Positions 21,425-32,754 of a stretch of 64,000 nt of DNA are shown in pieces (position 1 is the first letter of the stretch; the number at the start of each line of letters is the position of its first letter). A program made the position numbers and the translations under genes. The DNA comes from an uncultured Methanoregulaceae archaeon (GTDB lineage: Archaea > Halobacteriota > Methanomicrobia > Methanomicrobiales > Methanospirillaceae): the NCBI GenBank assembly GCA_963841015.1, contig CAWJAX010000003.1, positions 576,001-640,000 of the forward strand, written 5' to 3'. The notes beneath the pieces were generated by a model that worked only from the letters and a program-made list of their open reading frames with translations, was not told where the DNA came from and searched no databases.

Positions 21425-21835
21425 CCAATATTGCAGAGGTTCAATTTGATTTTAAATTCCTTATCCCGGGTTCTGAAGCTTCGGGCTTTGAGGGAATTTC
21501 AAACTTACTTCTGAGAACGGAGAATACGGTTTCGACTAAGTTTTTTCTCTTATGTCGTGTCCAATCGAATAGATGGGAGATTTTACGTCGCTATAATCCA
21601 AAGATCCGTTTTCGTGACGGCTATGGGTTCAGGTCATCTTGGATAAGTTTAGGAATATCTTCAGAGTTGTATCTTTTGCCGAAAACGAAGATCGGTTTTT
21701 CTGGTTCTGTGGCTTAAAAAGAGATGTTTTTCGGGATTGGGGGGTGTCATGAACTTGCTATTGAGAGATCACGAACTTGGCAATTATCTGATAATCCTTG
21801 TTCGTCGACTTGGAGGTTCAGGATATTTACTCTTG
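21425..21835 (-). mobile_element. Degenerate IS5/IS4-superfamily DDE transposase remnant
   Basis: Minus-strand fragments across shifted frames: QVHDT, FVFGKRYNSEDI (DKGYDSE-like), RRKISHLFD..RHKRKNLVETVFSVLR.KF, LKARSF...KEFKIKLNLCN; internal stops and frameshifts. Confidence 0.7.
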
Positions 21836-21887
21836 AGATAATTCGATTCAATGAAATTGGCCATTAAAAATTTTCCCCGTATTGTTT

Positions 21888-23030
21888 TTATTTATGTAAT
21901 TGTTTAGTTCTTATCAAGGATTGATAATAAGCTTCAATATTCGATGTGATACCATTCCAATCATATGAAACAACTGATTCTATACAGAAGCCTTTCATTT
22001 CTGCGTGGTGCTGGAGTGCATGACTGATCTTGTCGGCAAGATCCTGGGCAGAAAGAGAACAAAGGTATCCGTTATTTTCTGTAATTAAATCACGGACCGC
22101 ATTTGCCGGATGATCTACCGTTACAACCGGGAGCCCACATGCCAGGGCTTCAAGCGCGGTAATACCAAATCCCTCCCGTGTGGAGGGAAGCACGAAAACC
22201 TGAGAAGATTTTAATTGAGCAATGAGATCATCATGATTCTGAAAAAATCCATATAAATGAATGGTGTTTTTATCCTTTTTGTCATTAATAAGGTTGTGAA
22301 TTTTTCCATATTCCGGACCTTCCCCTATAATAACTCCACGAATATCCGGTTTTTCATGCTGGAGGAGTTTAACCGCATGTATTAGCAAATCTGCATGTTT
22401 TTCTTTGATGAGCCTTCCCACAAAAATAATATCCCATGATTCAGAAGATGACGAGACCGATCTTATTCTGGAGAGATCTATTCCGTTAGGGATAATTTTG
22501 ATTTTATGACGAACTCCCAGATTATTAAGGTTTTTCGCAGTAGTTTTCGACACAGCTACATTCTCTGAAGTGAACCGGGCAACCAGTCGCTCAGTCGCTT
22601 TCCCGACAAATCCTCTCCATCCAAGATATTCGTACCAGTAATCTCCCCATACTTCATGCCATGTAATGACAAGCGGGATTTTTTTTAATGTTGCAAAAAA
22701 TTTTGCAGAAAAGCAGGAGAAATAGGGAAACTGCTGGCAATCGATTACATCAAATCTTTCCTTTAATAAGGGAGCGATGAGGTGTATGCTGAAATAGAGA
22801 GCCTGCCATATGGTCCTCCTGCCCCCGAAATATAGTTTTTGAGCTGGACAGACTCCGTGCAGGAACACCCCTTCGCGGATAAGTATCTCCTCCCCATCCC
22901 AGAATTTCATTCCGAAAAGATGAACCTCATGCCCGCGACGGGTGAGCCGTGTTGCAAGTTCCCAAACGCGTTTTTCCACGCCACCTTTTACGTAAGGGTA
23001 GATAACATCGTAGACAAAGGCAATTTTCAT
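21888..23030 (-). CDS. Glycosyltransferase family 4
   Basis: GGVEKR, FVGRLIKEK, PSTREGFGITALEALACGLPVV. Confidence 0.92.
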   Translation of the reverse strand: MKIAFVYDVIYPYVKGGVEKRVWELATRLTRRGHEVHLFGMKFWDGEEILIREGVFLHGVCPAQKLYFGGRRTIWQALYFSIHLIAPLLKERFDVIDCQQFPYFSCFSAKFFATLKKIPLVITWHEVWGDYWYEYLGWRGFVGKATERLVARFTSENVAVSKTTAKNLNNLGVRHKIKIIPNGIDLSRIRSVSSSSESWDIIFVGRLIKEKHADLLIHAVKLLQHEKPDIRGVIIGEGPEYGKIHNLINDKKDKNTIHLYGFFQNHDDLIAQLKSSQVFVLPSTREGFGITALEALACGLPVVTVDHPANAVRDLITENNGYLCSLSAQDLADKISHALQHHAEMKGFCIESVVSYDWNGITSNIEAYYQSLIRTKQLHK

Positions 23031-23039
23031 CCTACAAAC

Positions 23040-24197
23040 CTATTCAGGATAATTGTTCTCATTGAGGAGCATCATACTTTGGAACACAGCGAAGAGAAAT
23101 ATCTGTATTCCGCTTACGATCAATACGAGGGAAAAAATTGCAGTAGAGATTTCAGAAAGAAATCCGAAATCAGTCAAGACCCAGTGGAGGAAGATATTGA
23201 AACCGAGTAGAATTCCTGTAAAGATTGAAAAAAATCCCACAACAAGAAGTATTTCCAGACTGTGGTATTTCATGAGGAATTCGATAAAACCCTGCTTCTT
23301 CTCATATCCATGGATTACTGAATAGGTCTTCATCAGAAAGCCAGAAAGGACAACCTGAATACCGCCTATTACCAGGATTGCACCAAGAATGAAAGTGTGA
23401 AGATGGGATGATTCGATATCCCCCTTAATTGAAAAAAATGTCATGAGTAAAATCCCAACAACAAAGAATAAAAATCCCGGTACAGCAATGAAGGGGAGGG
23501 GTTTCATTAGGAGGACAAACCGGATGTGGCGCCAGCCATCGGCAAAACTGTGTAATTTGGAAGGGGTCAGCCGCGGGTAGTAGGAGATAGGCACTTCTTC
23601 TATGCGCAGCCTTTCTTTTGATGCCATGACAAGCATTTCCGAAGCGAATTCCATTCCTCCTGTAGTAAGAGGCAGCCGGTCAAGTGCTTCACGGGTTATC
23701 GAGCGAAACCCGCTGTGAGTATCAGAATAATGGGTATGGAAAATGAAGTTAAGCATCCACGTCAGAACCGGATTTCCAATATACCGGTGAAGCCCATCCA
23801 TCGAACCCTTATGGATTGTCCCTTTGAACCGGGAACCGATTACAAAATCGGCACCGTTCTTAAGAGGAAACAGGAGTTTTGGTATTTCAAGAAAATCATA
23901 GGTATTATCTGCATCTCCCATGACAATATAACGGCCTCGAGCATGCTTGAATCCGGTAAGGTATGCATTCCCATACCCTTTTTTTTCTGCGTTTACGACA
24001 TTTGCTCCGAGGGAATAGGCAATTTCAGCGGTTTTGTCCGTTGATGAATCAACGACAATTATCTCGCCATCGATGGCATTTTCCCGGAGCACCTTTTGAA
24101 TTTTTGTTATACACTCACCAATGGTATGCGCTTCGTTAAGAGCTGGAAGAACGACTGAAACATCAACCTTATTTCCCTTATCTGATTCAGCATCCAT
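23040..24197 (-). CDS. Glycosyltransferase family 2 (Dol-P glycosyltransferase-like) with C-terminal membrane helices
   Basis: VSVVLPALNE, GYGNA, MGDAD.TY, GSRF, D.HSGFR, GMEFASEM, DGWRH. Confidence 0.9.
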   Translation of the reverse strand: MDAESDKGNKVDVSVVLPALNEAHTIGECITKIQKVLRENAIDGEIIVVDSSTDKTAEIAYSLGANVVNAEKKGYGNAYLTGFKHARGRYIVMGDADNTYDFLEIPKLLFPLKNGADFVIGSRFKGTIHKGSMDGLHRYIGNPVLTWMLNFIFHTHYSDTHSGFRSITREALDRLPLTTGGMEFASEMLVMASKERLRIEEVPISYYPRLTPSKLHSFADGWRHIRFVLLMKPLPFIAVPGFLFFVVGILLMTFFSIKGDIESSHLHTFILGAILVIGGIQVVLSGFLMKTYSVIHGYEKKQGFIEFLMKYHSLEILLVVGFFSIFTGILLGFNIFLHWVLTDFGFLSEISTAIFSLVLIVSGIQIFLFAVFQSMMLLNENNYPE

Positions 24198-24329
24198 TGT
24201 CTGTCCCTAAACAGTTTCGTGCGATTGTAAAAATACTCAATGTTTTGATTTCAGAAAAAGGTTGGGAAAACGTTCGGAATATAATTGTTACCATTTTTCA
24301 AAACAAGGCATGATCTCTATTAGGGTAAT

Positions 24330-24623
24330 TTGGATAACTTTGGTTTTTTGATACGCCTTAAGGGGTCTAAAGAAAAATGTGACCTCTTTGGACAATTTCT
24401 TTGCGTCCCTGGCATCTCTCGATGCCGCAACACTGCTTAATGCCTCGGGGGTATTCTTCGATATTCCACCCGAGATCTTTGAACGTTTTTCTTTCGGGTT
24501 CTGATACACCGAGGATATCTGTTGCCCAATGTTCAGCATCTCCATCCGAATGAACAACTCTGAAAACTTTGATGAAACCATATTGGCACAAGTGAACAAC
24601 TCTTCCTTCAGGAGGTATGTCAA
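24330..24623 (-). mobile_element. IS701-family transposase C-terminal remnant
   Basis: HWATD...WNIEEYPRGIKQCCGIERCQGRK..VQRGHI matches the IS701 W.IEEYHRG.KQ..G.E.CQ.R motif; truncated. Confidence 0.75.
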
Positions 24624-24886
24624 TCTCCGAGATTTGGCGATTATTCGTATGATCCGGATCTTATTTCATTAATTTCGTTATAATGTTGGCTAAAATTTCC
24701 GCTGTGCATATCAATCTCAATTTTACACCAAATCACATTTTGAAAAGCAGATCTCTGACATGAAAATAATTATAGTCGGAAATTCATAGCATAATCATCA
24801 AGTGTATCGTATACAAAATCTTGAAAAAAGAGTTATAAGTCATCTCTTGGTGTAGAAATGGAATTTATTCATATTGGTGCAATAAC

Positions 24887-25978
24887 GTGAAAATTGCGAT
24901 ATTTCATGATTACTTCGGTGCGATTGGCGGGGGAGAAAAAGTAGTTGTGGCTATGGCAAAGATCCTCAATGCCGACATCATTACCACTGACACCGATGCT
25001 TTGAAGAAACTGGATTCATCTGTCCATGTCATCAGCCTGGGAAATACGATTACATATCCGGGACTCAAGCAGATTTCTGCTGCATTGAAATTTTATTTCT
25101 GCAATTTTTCCAGAGATTATGAGGTTTTTATTTTCAGCGGCAACTGGGCGCACTATGCTGCGCACCAGCATCATCCTAACATTTGGTACTGTCATACACC
25201 GGTTAGAGTATTTTATGATAATTATGAAAATTTTCTCAGCACGTTACCCTTTTTCAAACGATTTTTTTTCCGTTTTTATGCATATCATTTCAGGTCTTTT
25301 GAGATTAAATCCCTTCCAAACATTGATCATATCATAACAAATTCATACAATATTCAAAAGAGGATTGATCGCTATTTCCAGAGAAAATCTGAGGTTATTT
25401 ACCCCCCAATAGAGACTTCAAAATTTTATTGTTCTGAATATGGAGCATTCTGGTTATCCGTGAACCGGCTGTATCCAGAGAAACAGATTGAACTGCAGAT
25501 TGAGAGTTTCCGTGCCATGCCGGAATTGGAACTTATTGTCGTCGGGGGTTTTGCAAGGGGGGATCATTCAGCACCATATGTTAAAAAAATTCAGTCAAAT
25601 ACTCCATCAAATGTGACTTTTTTTGGAGAATTACAAGAAACTGAATTACTTTATCTGTATGCGCATTGCCGGGGACTCATCTGCACTGCATTAGACGAAG
25701 ACTTTGGAATAACACCCATTGAAGCAATGGCAAGCGGTAAGCCGGTTGTTGCAGTTGATTCCGGAGGATTCCGGGAAACTGTGACACCGCACACCGGTAT
25801 ACTCGTAAAACCGGATGTGATGAGTATAGTAACTGCAATTCGGCAAATATCAAAAAATCCTGCCCAGTATCATGACTCGTGTATAGCCCGTTCAAAGGAG
25901 TTTAATTGTGAGGCGTTTGAGAAAAAGATACGGCAATGGGTACGCGACAACATTTCTCCTTTATCAGTCTCTCTGTAA
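24887..25978 (+). CDS. Glycosyltransferase family 4
   Basis: GGGEKV, WYCHTP.R, SVNRLYPEK, EDFGITPIEAMASGKPVV. Confidence 0.92.
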   Translation: MKIAIFHDYFGAIGGGEKVVVAMAKILNADIITTDTDALKKLDSSVHVISLGNTITYPGLKQISAALKFYFCNFSRDYEVFIFSGNWAHYAAHQHHPNIWYCHTPVRVFYDNYENFLSTLPFFKRFFFRFYAYHFRSFEIKSLPNIDHIITNSYNIQKRIDRYFQRKSEVIYPPIETSKFYCSEYGAFWLSVNRLYPEKQIELQIESFRAMPELELIVVGGFARGDHSAPYVKKIQSNTPSNVTFFGELQETELLYLYAHCRGLICTALDEDFGITPIEAMASGKPVVAVDSGGFRETVTPHTGILVKPDVMSIVTAIRQISKNPAQYHDSCIARSKEFNCEAFEKKIRQWVRDNISPLSVSL

Positions 25979-26039
25979 ATGGAGCGTTGTCCGATTTTTA
26001 TTCTTATCTTTTTTTATATTCCAGATGCCAAACAATGGT

Positions 26040-26516
26040 ATGGATAGATCCATTGAGGGGGTCAGAGTAAAAAACCTGCGAGTTATCCCGGATGAGCGCG
26101 GGTGGCTCATGGAAATATTGCGGTGCGATGATAATATTTTTGAAAAATTCGGACAGGTCTATCTCACTACTGCATATCCAGGTGTGGTGAAAGCCTGGCA
26201 TTATCACAAGAAACAAACTGATAATTTCACCTGCATTCACGGGATGATGAAAGTTGCGCTTTATGATGCGAGGAAGGATTCACCAACCTATCGGGGACTG
26301 ATGGAAATTTTTGTCGGAGAAAAGAATCCGGTTCTTATCAGCGTCCCACCCGGAGTCTACCATGGATTCAAAGGGATCGGTTCGGATACTGCATATTTCC
26401 TGAGCATCCCTACACTCCCGTACGATTACAAAGAACCGGATGAATATCGTATCCCACCAAATACACCGGAAATCCCTTATGACTGGGGACTCGCACCGGG
26501 ACTTAAACATGGCTAA
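26040..26516 (+). CDS. rfbC: dTDP-4-dehydrorhamnose 3,5-epimerase family protein
   Basis: DERGWLME, GVVKAWHYH, D.RKDSPTY, PPGVYHGF. Confidence 0.88.
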   Translation: MDRSIEGVRVKNLRVIPDERGWLMEILRCDDNIFEKFGQVYLTTAYPGVVKAWHYHKKQTDNFTCIHGMMKVALYDARKDSPTYRGLMEIFVGEKNPVLISVPPGVYHGFKGIGSDTAYFLSIPTLPYDYKEPDEYRIPPNTPEIPYDWGLAPGLKHG

Positions 26517-26540
26517 GTTCAGGGAGCGGGAGCAAAAATA

Positions 26541-27503
26541 ATGAAATTACTCATTACCGGGGGCGCGGGATTCATCGGGAGCAATTTTATTCTCTACATG
26601 ATGAACTCGCATCCAGATGTTGAGATAATCAATCTCGATGTCCTGACGTATGCAGGCAACCTTAATAATTTAAAAAGTGTTGATAAAAATCCGCGTTATA
26701 CTTTTATCAGGGGTGATATTTGCGACCAGAATATTGTCAATTCGATTCTTGACAGGTACAGAGTTGATACAATCGTCCATTTTGCTGCAGAAAGTCACGT
26801 CGATCGTTCTATTACAAAGTCTTCGGAATTTGTTCGGACAAATGTTCTTGGAACCCAAAACCTCCTGGAATGTGCACGGCATCACCTGATCGAGAAGTTC
26901 ATCCACATATCGACAGATGAAGTATATGGGAGCACCATAACGGGATCGTTTACAGAAAATAATATCCTTTCACCCTCCAGCCCCTATTCAGCAAGCAAGG
27001 CGGGATCAGACCTTCTCGCCCTTTCTTATTTTACGACATATAAACTGCCTGTCATCATCACACGGTGCACGAACAATTTCGGCCCCTGCCAGCATCCTGA
27101 GAAATTAATACCTCTCTTTGTAACCAATCTCCTTGAAGGCAGGAAAGTCCCCGTTTACGGGACAGGTAAAAATGTTCGCGACTGGATCCATGTAAGTGAT
27201 CATTGCCAGGCAGTTGAGTTCCTCCTAAAGAAGGGAAATTTCGGAGAAATTTATAATATCGGTGGCGGTAACGAGATGACGAATATCGAAATTACCGAAA
27301 AAATTTTAGCGTTCCTGAAAAAAGATGAATCATTAATTGAGTATGTAACTGATCGACCGGGACATGACTTCCGGTATTCTCTTGATTGTTCGAAGTTGAG
27401 GAATATGGGCTGGAGTCCCCGGTATTCATTTGAAGAAGGCCTGAAAGATACAGTTGAATGGTATATCAGGAACGAATGGTGGTGGAGACCATTAAAGAAA
27501 TAA
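26541..27503 (+). CDS. rfbB: dTDP-glucose 4,6-dehydratase
   Basis: TGGAGFIGSNF, HFAAESHVDRSI, STDEVYG, SPYSASK, RPGHD.RY. Confidence 0.96.
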   Translation: MKLLITGGAGFIGSNFILYMMNSHPDVEIINLDVLTYAGNLNNLKSVDKNPRYTFIRGDICDQNIVNSILDRYRVDTIVHFAAESHVDRSITKSSEFVRTNVLGTQNLLECARHHLIEKFIHISTDEVYGSTITGSFTENNILSPSSPYSASKAGSDLLALSYFTTYKLPVIITRCTNNFGPCQHPEKLIPLFVTNLLEGRKVPVYGTGKNVRDWIHVSDHCQAVEFLLKKGNFGEIYNIGGGNEMTNIEITEKILAFLKKDESLIEYVTDRPGHDFRYSLDCSKLRNMGWSPRYSFEEGLKDTVEWYIRNEWWWRPLKK

Positions 27504-28306
27504 ATCACCAGAAAACCATTCTTTTCGGTGCTTACGGAATGCTCGGGCATGCGTTGCAGGAGGTATTTCCTCATGCACTCTGTATTGGACATCACAATGT
27601 GGATATCACTGATGAAAATGCGATAATGAAACTAGTGAAACGGGAGCGTCCGGCTATTGTTATCAATGCAGCGGCATACACAAATGTTGACGGATGTGAG
27701 GATAACCGCGAATACGCATTTGCAGTGAATGGAAATGGGCCTGGATATATTGCAAAGGTTTGTGGTAATATTGATGCGATTCTTGTTCACTTTAGTACCG
27801 ATTATATTTTTGATGGGACCAAGACAGAATATCGGGAGGATGACCGTCCGAATCCGATCAATGCATATGGTGAATCAAAACTGCTTGGGGAGGTATCAGT
27901 TACAAAAAACCTGGAGAATTACCGGATTATCAGAACATCGTGGTTGTATGGGAGTCACGGAAAAAATTTTGTGGACACGATTCTTACCTTATCACGGCAG
28001 ATGCCGGTTGTTCGTGTAGTAAACGATCAGGTTGGAAAACCTACCTATACTGTTGACCTTGCAAATAAAGTACCGGAGATAATATCGTGTGATCCCGGGA
28101 TATATCATATCACCAACGATGGCCAATGCAGCTGGTATGAGTTTGCAAGTGCATTTATTCCAAACGCTACACCCTGTTCTACCGAAGAATTCCCAAGAAG
28201 AGCAAAGCGTCCCGCATATTCAGTTCTGGCAAATACAAAGACACTACCACTCCGACACTGGAAGGAAGCGGTACATGAGTATATTCGAATAAAGGAAAGG
28301 ACCTGA
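27476..28306 (+). CDS. rfbD: dTDP-4-dehydrorhamnose reductase (start uncertain)
   Basis: GAYGMLG, NAAAYTNVD.CE, STDYIFDG, YGESKL.GE, DQVG.PT, RPAYSVL. Confidence 0.93.
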   Translation: MVVETIKEINHQKTILFGAYGMLGHALQEVFPHALCIGHHNVDITDENAIMKLVKRERPAIVINAAAYTNVDGCEDNREYAFAVNGNGPGYIAKVCGNIDAILVHFSTDYIFDGTKTEYREDDRPNPINAYGESKLLGEVSVTKNLENYRIIRTSWLYGSHGKNFVDTILTLSRQMPVVRVVNDQVGKPTYTVDLANKVPEIISCDPGIYHITNDGQCSWYEFASAFIPNATPCSTEEFPRRAKRPAYSVLANTKTLPLRHWKEAVHEYIRIKERT

Positions 28307-28307
28307 A

Positions 28308-29039
28308 ATGAAAGGGATTATTCTTGCCGGAGGAACCGGCTCACGATTATTTCCGTTGACTAAAGTGACCAACAAACACCTGTTGCCCGTTTATGACAGG
28401 CCAATGATCTATTTTCCGCTTCACACGCTCGTCAATGCAGGAATAACCGAGATCATGATCGTATCAGGACGCGGACATGCGGGACATTTTCTTGAATTGC
28501 TCGGTTCTGGAATGGAATTCGGGATCAACCTTACATATGAGATCCAGGAAACTGCAGGAGGAATTGCACAGGCGCTGGGGCTTGCAGCAAACTGGGCAGA
28601 CGACGATGATGTTGCAGTAATCCTTGGGGACAATATTTTCCAGGATAATGTGAAAGCTGATGTTGCCTCATTCAAGGATGGTGCAAAGATATTCTTAAAA
28701 GAGGTTGAAGATGCCCAACGGTTTGGTGTTGCTGAGCTCAAAAAAGATGATGTCATTTCCATTGAGGAGAAACCCCAAAACCCTAAGTCAAACTATGCGG
28801 TGACGGGGTTGTATCTTTATGACAATGAGGTCTTCTCAATTATCAGGACGTTGAAACCATCACGTCGGGGGGAACTTGAGATCACGGATGTAAATAATGC
28901 CTATCTCCGGAAAAAGATGATGCAGTACGCAATATTAAAGGGATTCTGGAGCGATGCTGGGACATTTGATAGCTTGCTAAAGGCAAGTATTCTCGTGCAG
29001 CAACATAGTAAGAAAAAGCAATTTGATAGTCAGATATAA
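28308..29039 (+). CDS. rfbA: Glucose-1-phosphate thymidylyltransferase (short form)
   Basis: GIILAGGTGSRL.PLT...KHLLPVYD, EEKP, RGELEITD, WSDAGTFDSL. Confidence 0.93.
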   Translation: MKGIILAGGTGSRLFPLTKVTNKHLLPVYDRPMIYFPLHTLVNAGITEIMIVSGRGHAGHFLELLGSGMEFGINLTYEIQETAGGIAQALGLAANWADDDDVAVILGDNIFQDNVKADVASFKDGAKIFLKEVEDAQRFGVAELKKDDVISIEEKPQNPKSNYAVTGLYLYDNEVFSIIRTLKPSRRGELEITDVNNAYLRKKMMQYAILKGFWSDAGTFDSLLKASILVQQHSKKKQFDSQI

Positions 29040-29157
29040 AAAAAATGAGTTTTAGGGTAATCACCGGGTAATTTTCGGTAATAATAGGATAGAATCAATG
29101 ATATTATTTCAAATCTGATTGATTTACATAATAATTAAAAATTCACAAAGGAACCTT

Positions 29158-30127
29158 ATGCCCAATGAAGCTTCTCATCCTTTGATCAGCGTTATTGTTG
29201 TAAATTACAATGGGAAGAAATTCTTATCAGATTGTTTCAATTCCCTCCTTCACCAGACATACAGGCCGTTTGAAATGATAATGGTTGATAATGCTTCAAA
29301 CGATGGCAGCGTTGGATATGTTCAAAAGAACTTTCCTGATGTAAAAATATTCACTCAATCCACTAATCTGGGGTTTGCCGGGGGTACGAATGTCGGAATA
29401 CGGGTAGCAAAAGGCGAGTTAATTTTCACACTCAACAATGATACGATTGCAGACTCACACATGCTTGAAGAAATTGTTCGACCCATGCAATTGGATTTGT
29501 GTGTGGGGGTATGCGGTTCAAAGATGCTCCTGCCCGATGGGAGGATCAACTCGACCGCAATCTGCATCTCACGGAGTGGAGTGTGCATGGGACCGGGGCA
29601 TGGGTGAGCCGGATCGTGGTCAATACGATTTACCAGAAGAAGTGTTCGGAGCCTGTGCGGGAGCGGCGCTCTACCGGCGCTCAATGCTTGAAGAGATCGG
29701 GCTCTTTGACGAGGACTTTTTTCTCTTTATGGAAGATGTCGATCTTGCATTTCGTGCACAGCTGTCGGGGTGGAAGTGTATGTATGTACCTTCAGCACGG
29801 GTCGTTCATATTCATGGGGGAACATCAGGACCTGGATCAGATATGGCAGTATATTATGGGAACCGGAATTTATTTTGGAATGTAATCAAGAATTTTCCCT
29901 TAAAGACACTTCTTTTTTCAAGTCCTTGGATAATTGGAAGGAATTGCGCAGACATTCCGTATTATATCTTAAAAGGCAGGGGGCTTTCAATCTTTCGTGC
30001 TAAAATTGATATGATGAAAGGAGTGAAAATGATGATGAGAAAGCGTCAGAGTGTTAAAAAGAAGGTATCCGATGAGACAATTGAATTATCAATTAGTTTT
30101 TGGAGCAGGGGCCGTACAAAAAAATGA
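29158..30127 (+). CDS. Glycosyltransferase family 2 (rhamnosyltransferase-like); one +1 frameshift near 29583
   Basis: VIVVNYNG, VDNASNDGS, NLGFAGG.N, LNND in the first ORF; GACAGAALYR, FDEDFF.FMEDVDL in the second. Span 970 nt = 3n+1. Confidence 0.85.
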
Positions 30128-30228
30128 TTGTAAAAAATTTCAATACATTTTCCCGTTTTTCACTGCTATGAAACGGTAACATTTAATGAAAAAGTAAGTG
30201 TAATTAAACATCAACATTTGAGATTAAA

Positions 30229-31011
30229 ATGAAATCCATCTTTGAATATCGGGGACTTATCTGGAATTTTATAAAGCGGGATATCTCCTCGAAGTATGTG
30301 GGATCATTTCTGGGGTTATACTGGTCGTTGCTCAACCCGATCATCACCCTCATGGTCTACGTTATGGTCTTTGGCGTTCTTTTGAAAGTACGTCTTCCCG
30401 GGGATACAAGTATATGGGACTATACCTTGTATTTCGCATCCGGGTTTCTTCCCTGGCAGGCATTCCAGGATTCCGTTATGAGAGCATCGCGCTCGATCAT
30501 CGAAAATAAAAATTATATCAAAAAAGTGCCTTTCCCCAGTGAGATCTTTCCCATCTATACCACATTATCTGAATTTGTTAACCTGTTCATAGGGCTGGCA
30601 ATTTATTTTATACTGTTTTTTTCCTTAAAAGGGGCACCTACGGTGTATATCCTCCTCCTCCCGCTGGCTATTATCCTGCAGATGGTGTTTACCCTTTCGC
30701 TGGCTTTCTTCCTGTCAAGCGGTGCGGTTTACTTCCGGGATATCCCGACGATGCTGGGGCCTCTGTTCATGATTTGGTTCTGGGTTACACCGATTGCATA
30801 TACGGTCAATCTTATCCCTGAGAATTTCCAGTGGATTGTGAAACTTAATCCTGCTTATTATATGCTGGAGATTTATCGTGACACATTATTCTATGGGAAA
30901 TTTCCGGAACTCAACATCCTAATACCATTCTTTGTCTTTTCTTTTGTAATGTTGGCACTAGGTATCCTGTTCTTCCGGAAGACAAAACGCGGATTTGGGG
31001 AGCTCTTATGA
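30229..31011 (+). CDS. wzm: Polysaccharide ABC exporter permease Wzm
   Basis: KY.GS.LG.YW..LNP, KKVPFP, FRD, FW.TPI.Y, NP motifs; about six TM segments. Confidence 0.9.
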   Translation: MKSIFEYRGLIWNFIKRDISSKYVGSFLGLYWSLLNPIITLMVYVMVFGVLLKVRLPGDTSIWDYTLYFASGFLPWQAFQDSVMRASRSIIENKNYIKKVPFPSEIFPIYTTLSEFVNLFIGLAIYFILFFSLKGAPTVYILLLPLAIILQMVFTLSLAFFLSSGAVYFRDIPTMLGPLFMIWFWVTPIAYTVNLIPENFQWIVKLNPAYYMLEIYRDTLFYGKFPELNILIPFFVFSFVMLALGILFFRKTKRGFGELL

Positions 31012-32742
31012 TTGCAATTTCTGTGAATACCCTCGGGAAAAAGTTCAAATTATACAATTCGCCGATGGGACGCTTCTTAGAGTATCTGAGTCTGGGAAAG
31101 ATGACACGCCATACCGATTTCTGGGCGCTGCAGGATCTCTCCTTTGAGATTCCCAGCGGTACAACGCTGGGAATCCTCGGGCAGAACGGTTCAGGTAAAA
31201 GTACCCTGCCTGAGCATCCTTGCAGGTGTCCTTGAACCGAGTGCTGGATCCTTTACGATTAATGGGAAAGTCTCGGCGATTCTCGAGCTGGGGTCCGGGT
31301 TCCACCCGGAGTTTTCCGGACGGGACAATGTATACATGTACGGTTCCATCATGGGGCTCTCGAAAGAGGAGATCGATAAAAGGTTTGATGAAATAGTCCT
31401 GTTTTCAGAACTGGGAGATTTCATCGACCAGCCCCTCCGCACCTACTCATCCGGCATGATCGTTCGGCTCGCATTCTCAGTCGCGGTGAATGTGGATGCA
31501 GATATCCTCATTGTAGACGAGGCACTGGCTGTCGGAGATGCCATCTTCCAGCACAGGTGCTTCCGGAAGATCAGGGAGATGCAGGCCGCTGGAAAAACAA
31601 TTTTATATGTGGGACACGATACCGAAGCGGTGAGGAATCTCTGCACATCTGCGCTCCTTCTTGATGGCGGCCGGGTCATCGAACGAGGTGATCCAAATTA
31701 TGTGGTCAATAAGTATCATGCCTTGATTACTGAACGCGAACGAGCATATACAGAAGGGAACTTAATCGAACATGGGGAGATGCCGGGCGAGGGGTACGAA
31801 ATGGTATATAATCTTGTCCAAAACTTGAACGTGGCAAAGGTTGTCAGCGCGGAGGTTGCACCTGTCCAGGTCCAAACAATTGAGATCCAGTCGACATCCC
31901 GAAAAGTGATCTTTGCTCACCCCCCATCACAGATCATGTTCTCTGTTACGATTGAACCCGGGTCATCACTTGCATTTGCTATCGGGATTATGCCATATGT
32001 GTGGGATAAGATCCCGCAGGGTGTAAAATTTGACATTGAGGTTCTCTCTGATGGAGAAACGTATAATATCTTTTCACGAGTAATTCAGCCAAAGCGGAAT
32101 ATAGGGGATCGGGGCTGGCATAATTTTATGGTCCCTCTGGAACAGTTTTCAGGAAGGACAGTATCAATTATTTTTCGGACTTCCGGGTCAGGCGATGATC
32201 TGAGTTACGGGTGGAGTGCCTGGGGGTGGGGGAAGATTGTTATTAAACCTAATCAAGAAGTAAGACCCGAGGACGTAATTACGTCTATTCATCATCCGGA
32301 GTTGAGATATGGTTCTAATAAAGTTAAAATCCAAAAAGTCGAAATTTTCGATAAGGATTATCAAGAAATAAAAAATTTTAACTCTGGAGATTTTTCAATA
32401 ATTCGAATCAGAATTAAAATATTAAATGATAATTTAAATGGCGTTTTGTCTGTAGGTTATTATCTTAATAATAAATATGTAACACTTTATGCGATGGATA
32501 CCTGGAGGAAAAAAATTTTAAATTTAAATAGCGGTGTAAATAACTCCATTGTTGTCGATTTTAAACAGAAATTAATCCTTGGATCCGGGATTTATTCTAT
32601 TACTGCAAGTGTTTCAGACGTTAATTCACGTAATGAGTTTCAAATACTGGATAGGATCGTGGATTGTTTATTCTTTAAAGTTCAATCAGAAGAAGATTTT
32701 CAAGGAATTATAAATTTAAATTCTGAAATTGAAACGCATTGA
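31008..32742 (+). CDS. wzt: Polysaccharide ABC exporter ATPase Wzt with an extra beta-domain and C-terminal Wzt_C domain; one +1 frameshift near 31209
   Basis: FWALQDLSF, GQNGSGKSTL, LELGSGFHPE.SGRDN, YSSGM..RLAF, DEALAVGD. Span 1735 nt = 3n+1. Confidence 0.88.
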
Positions 32743-32754
32743 CGTGGGGGAAAC

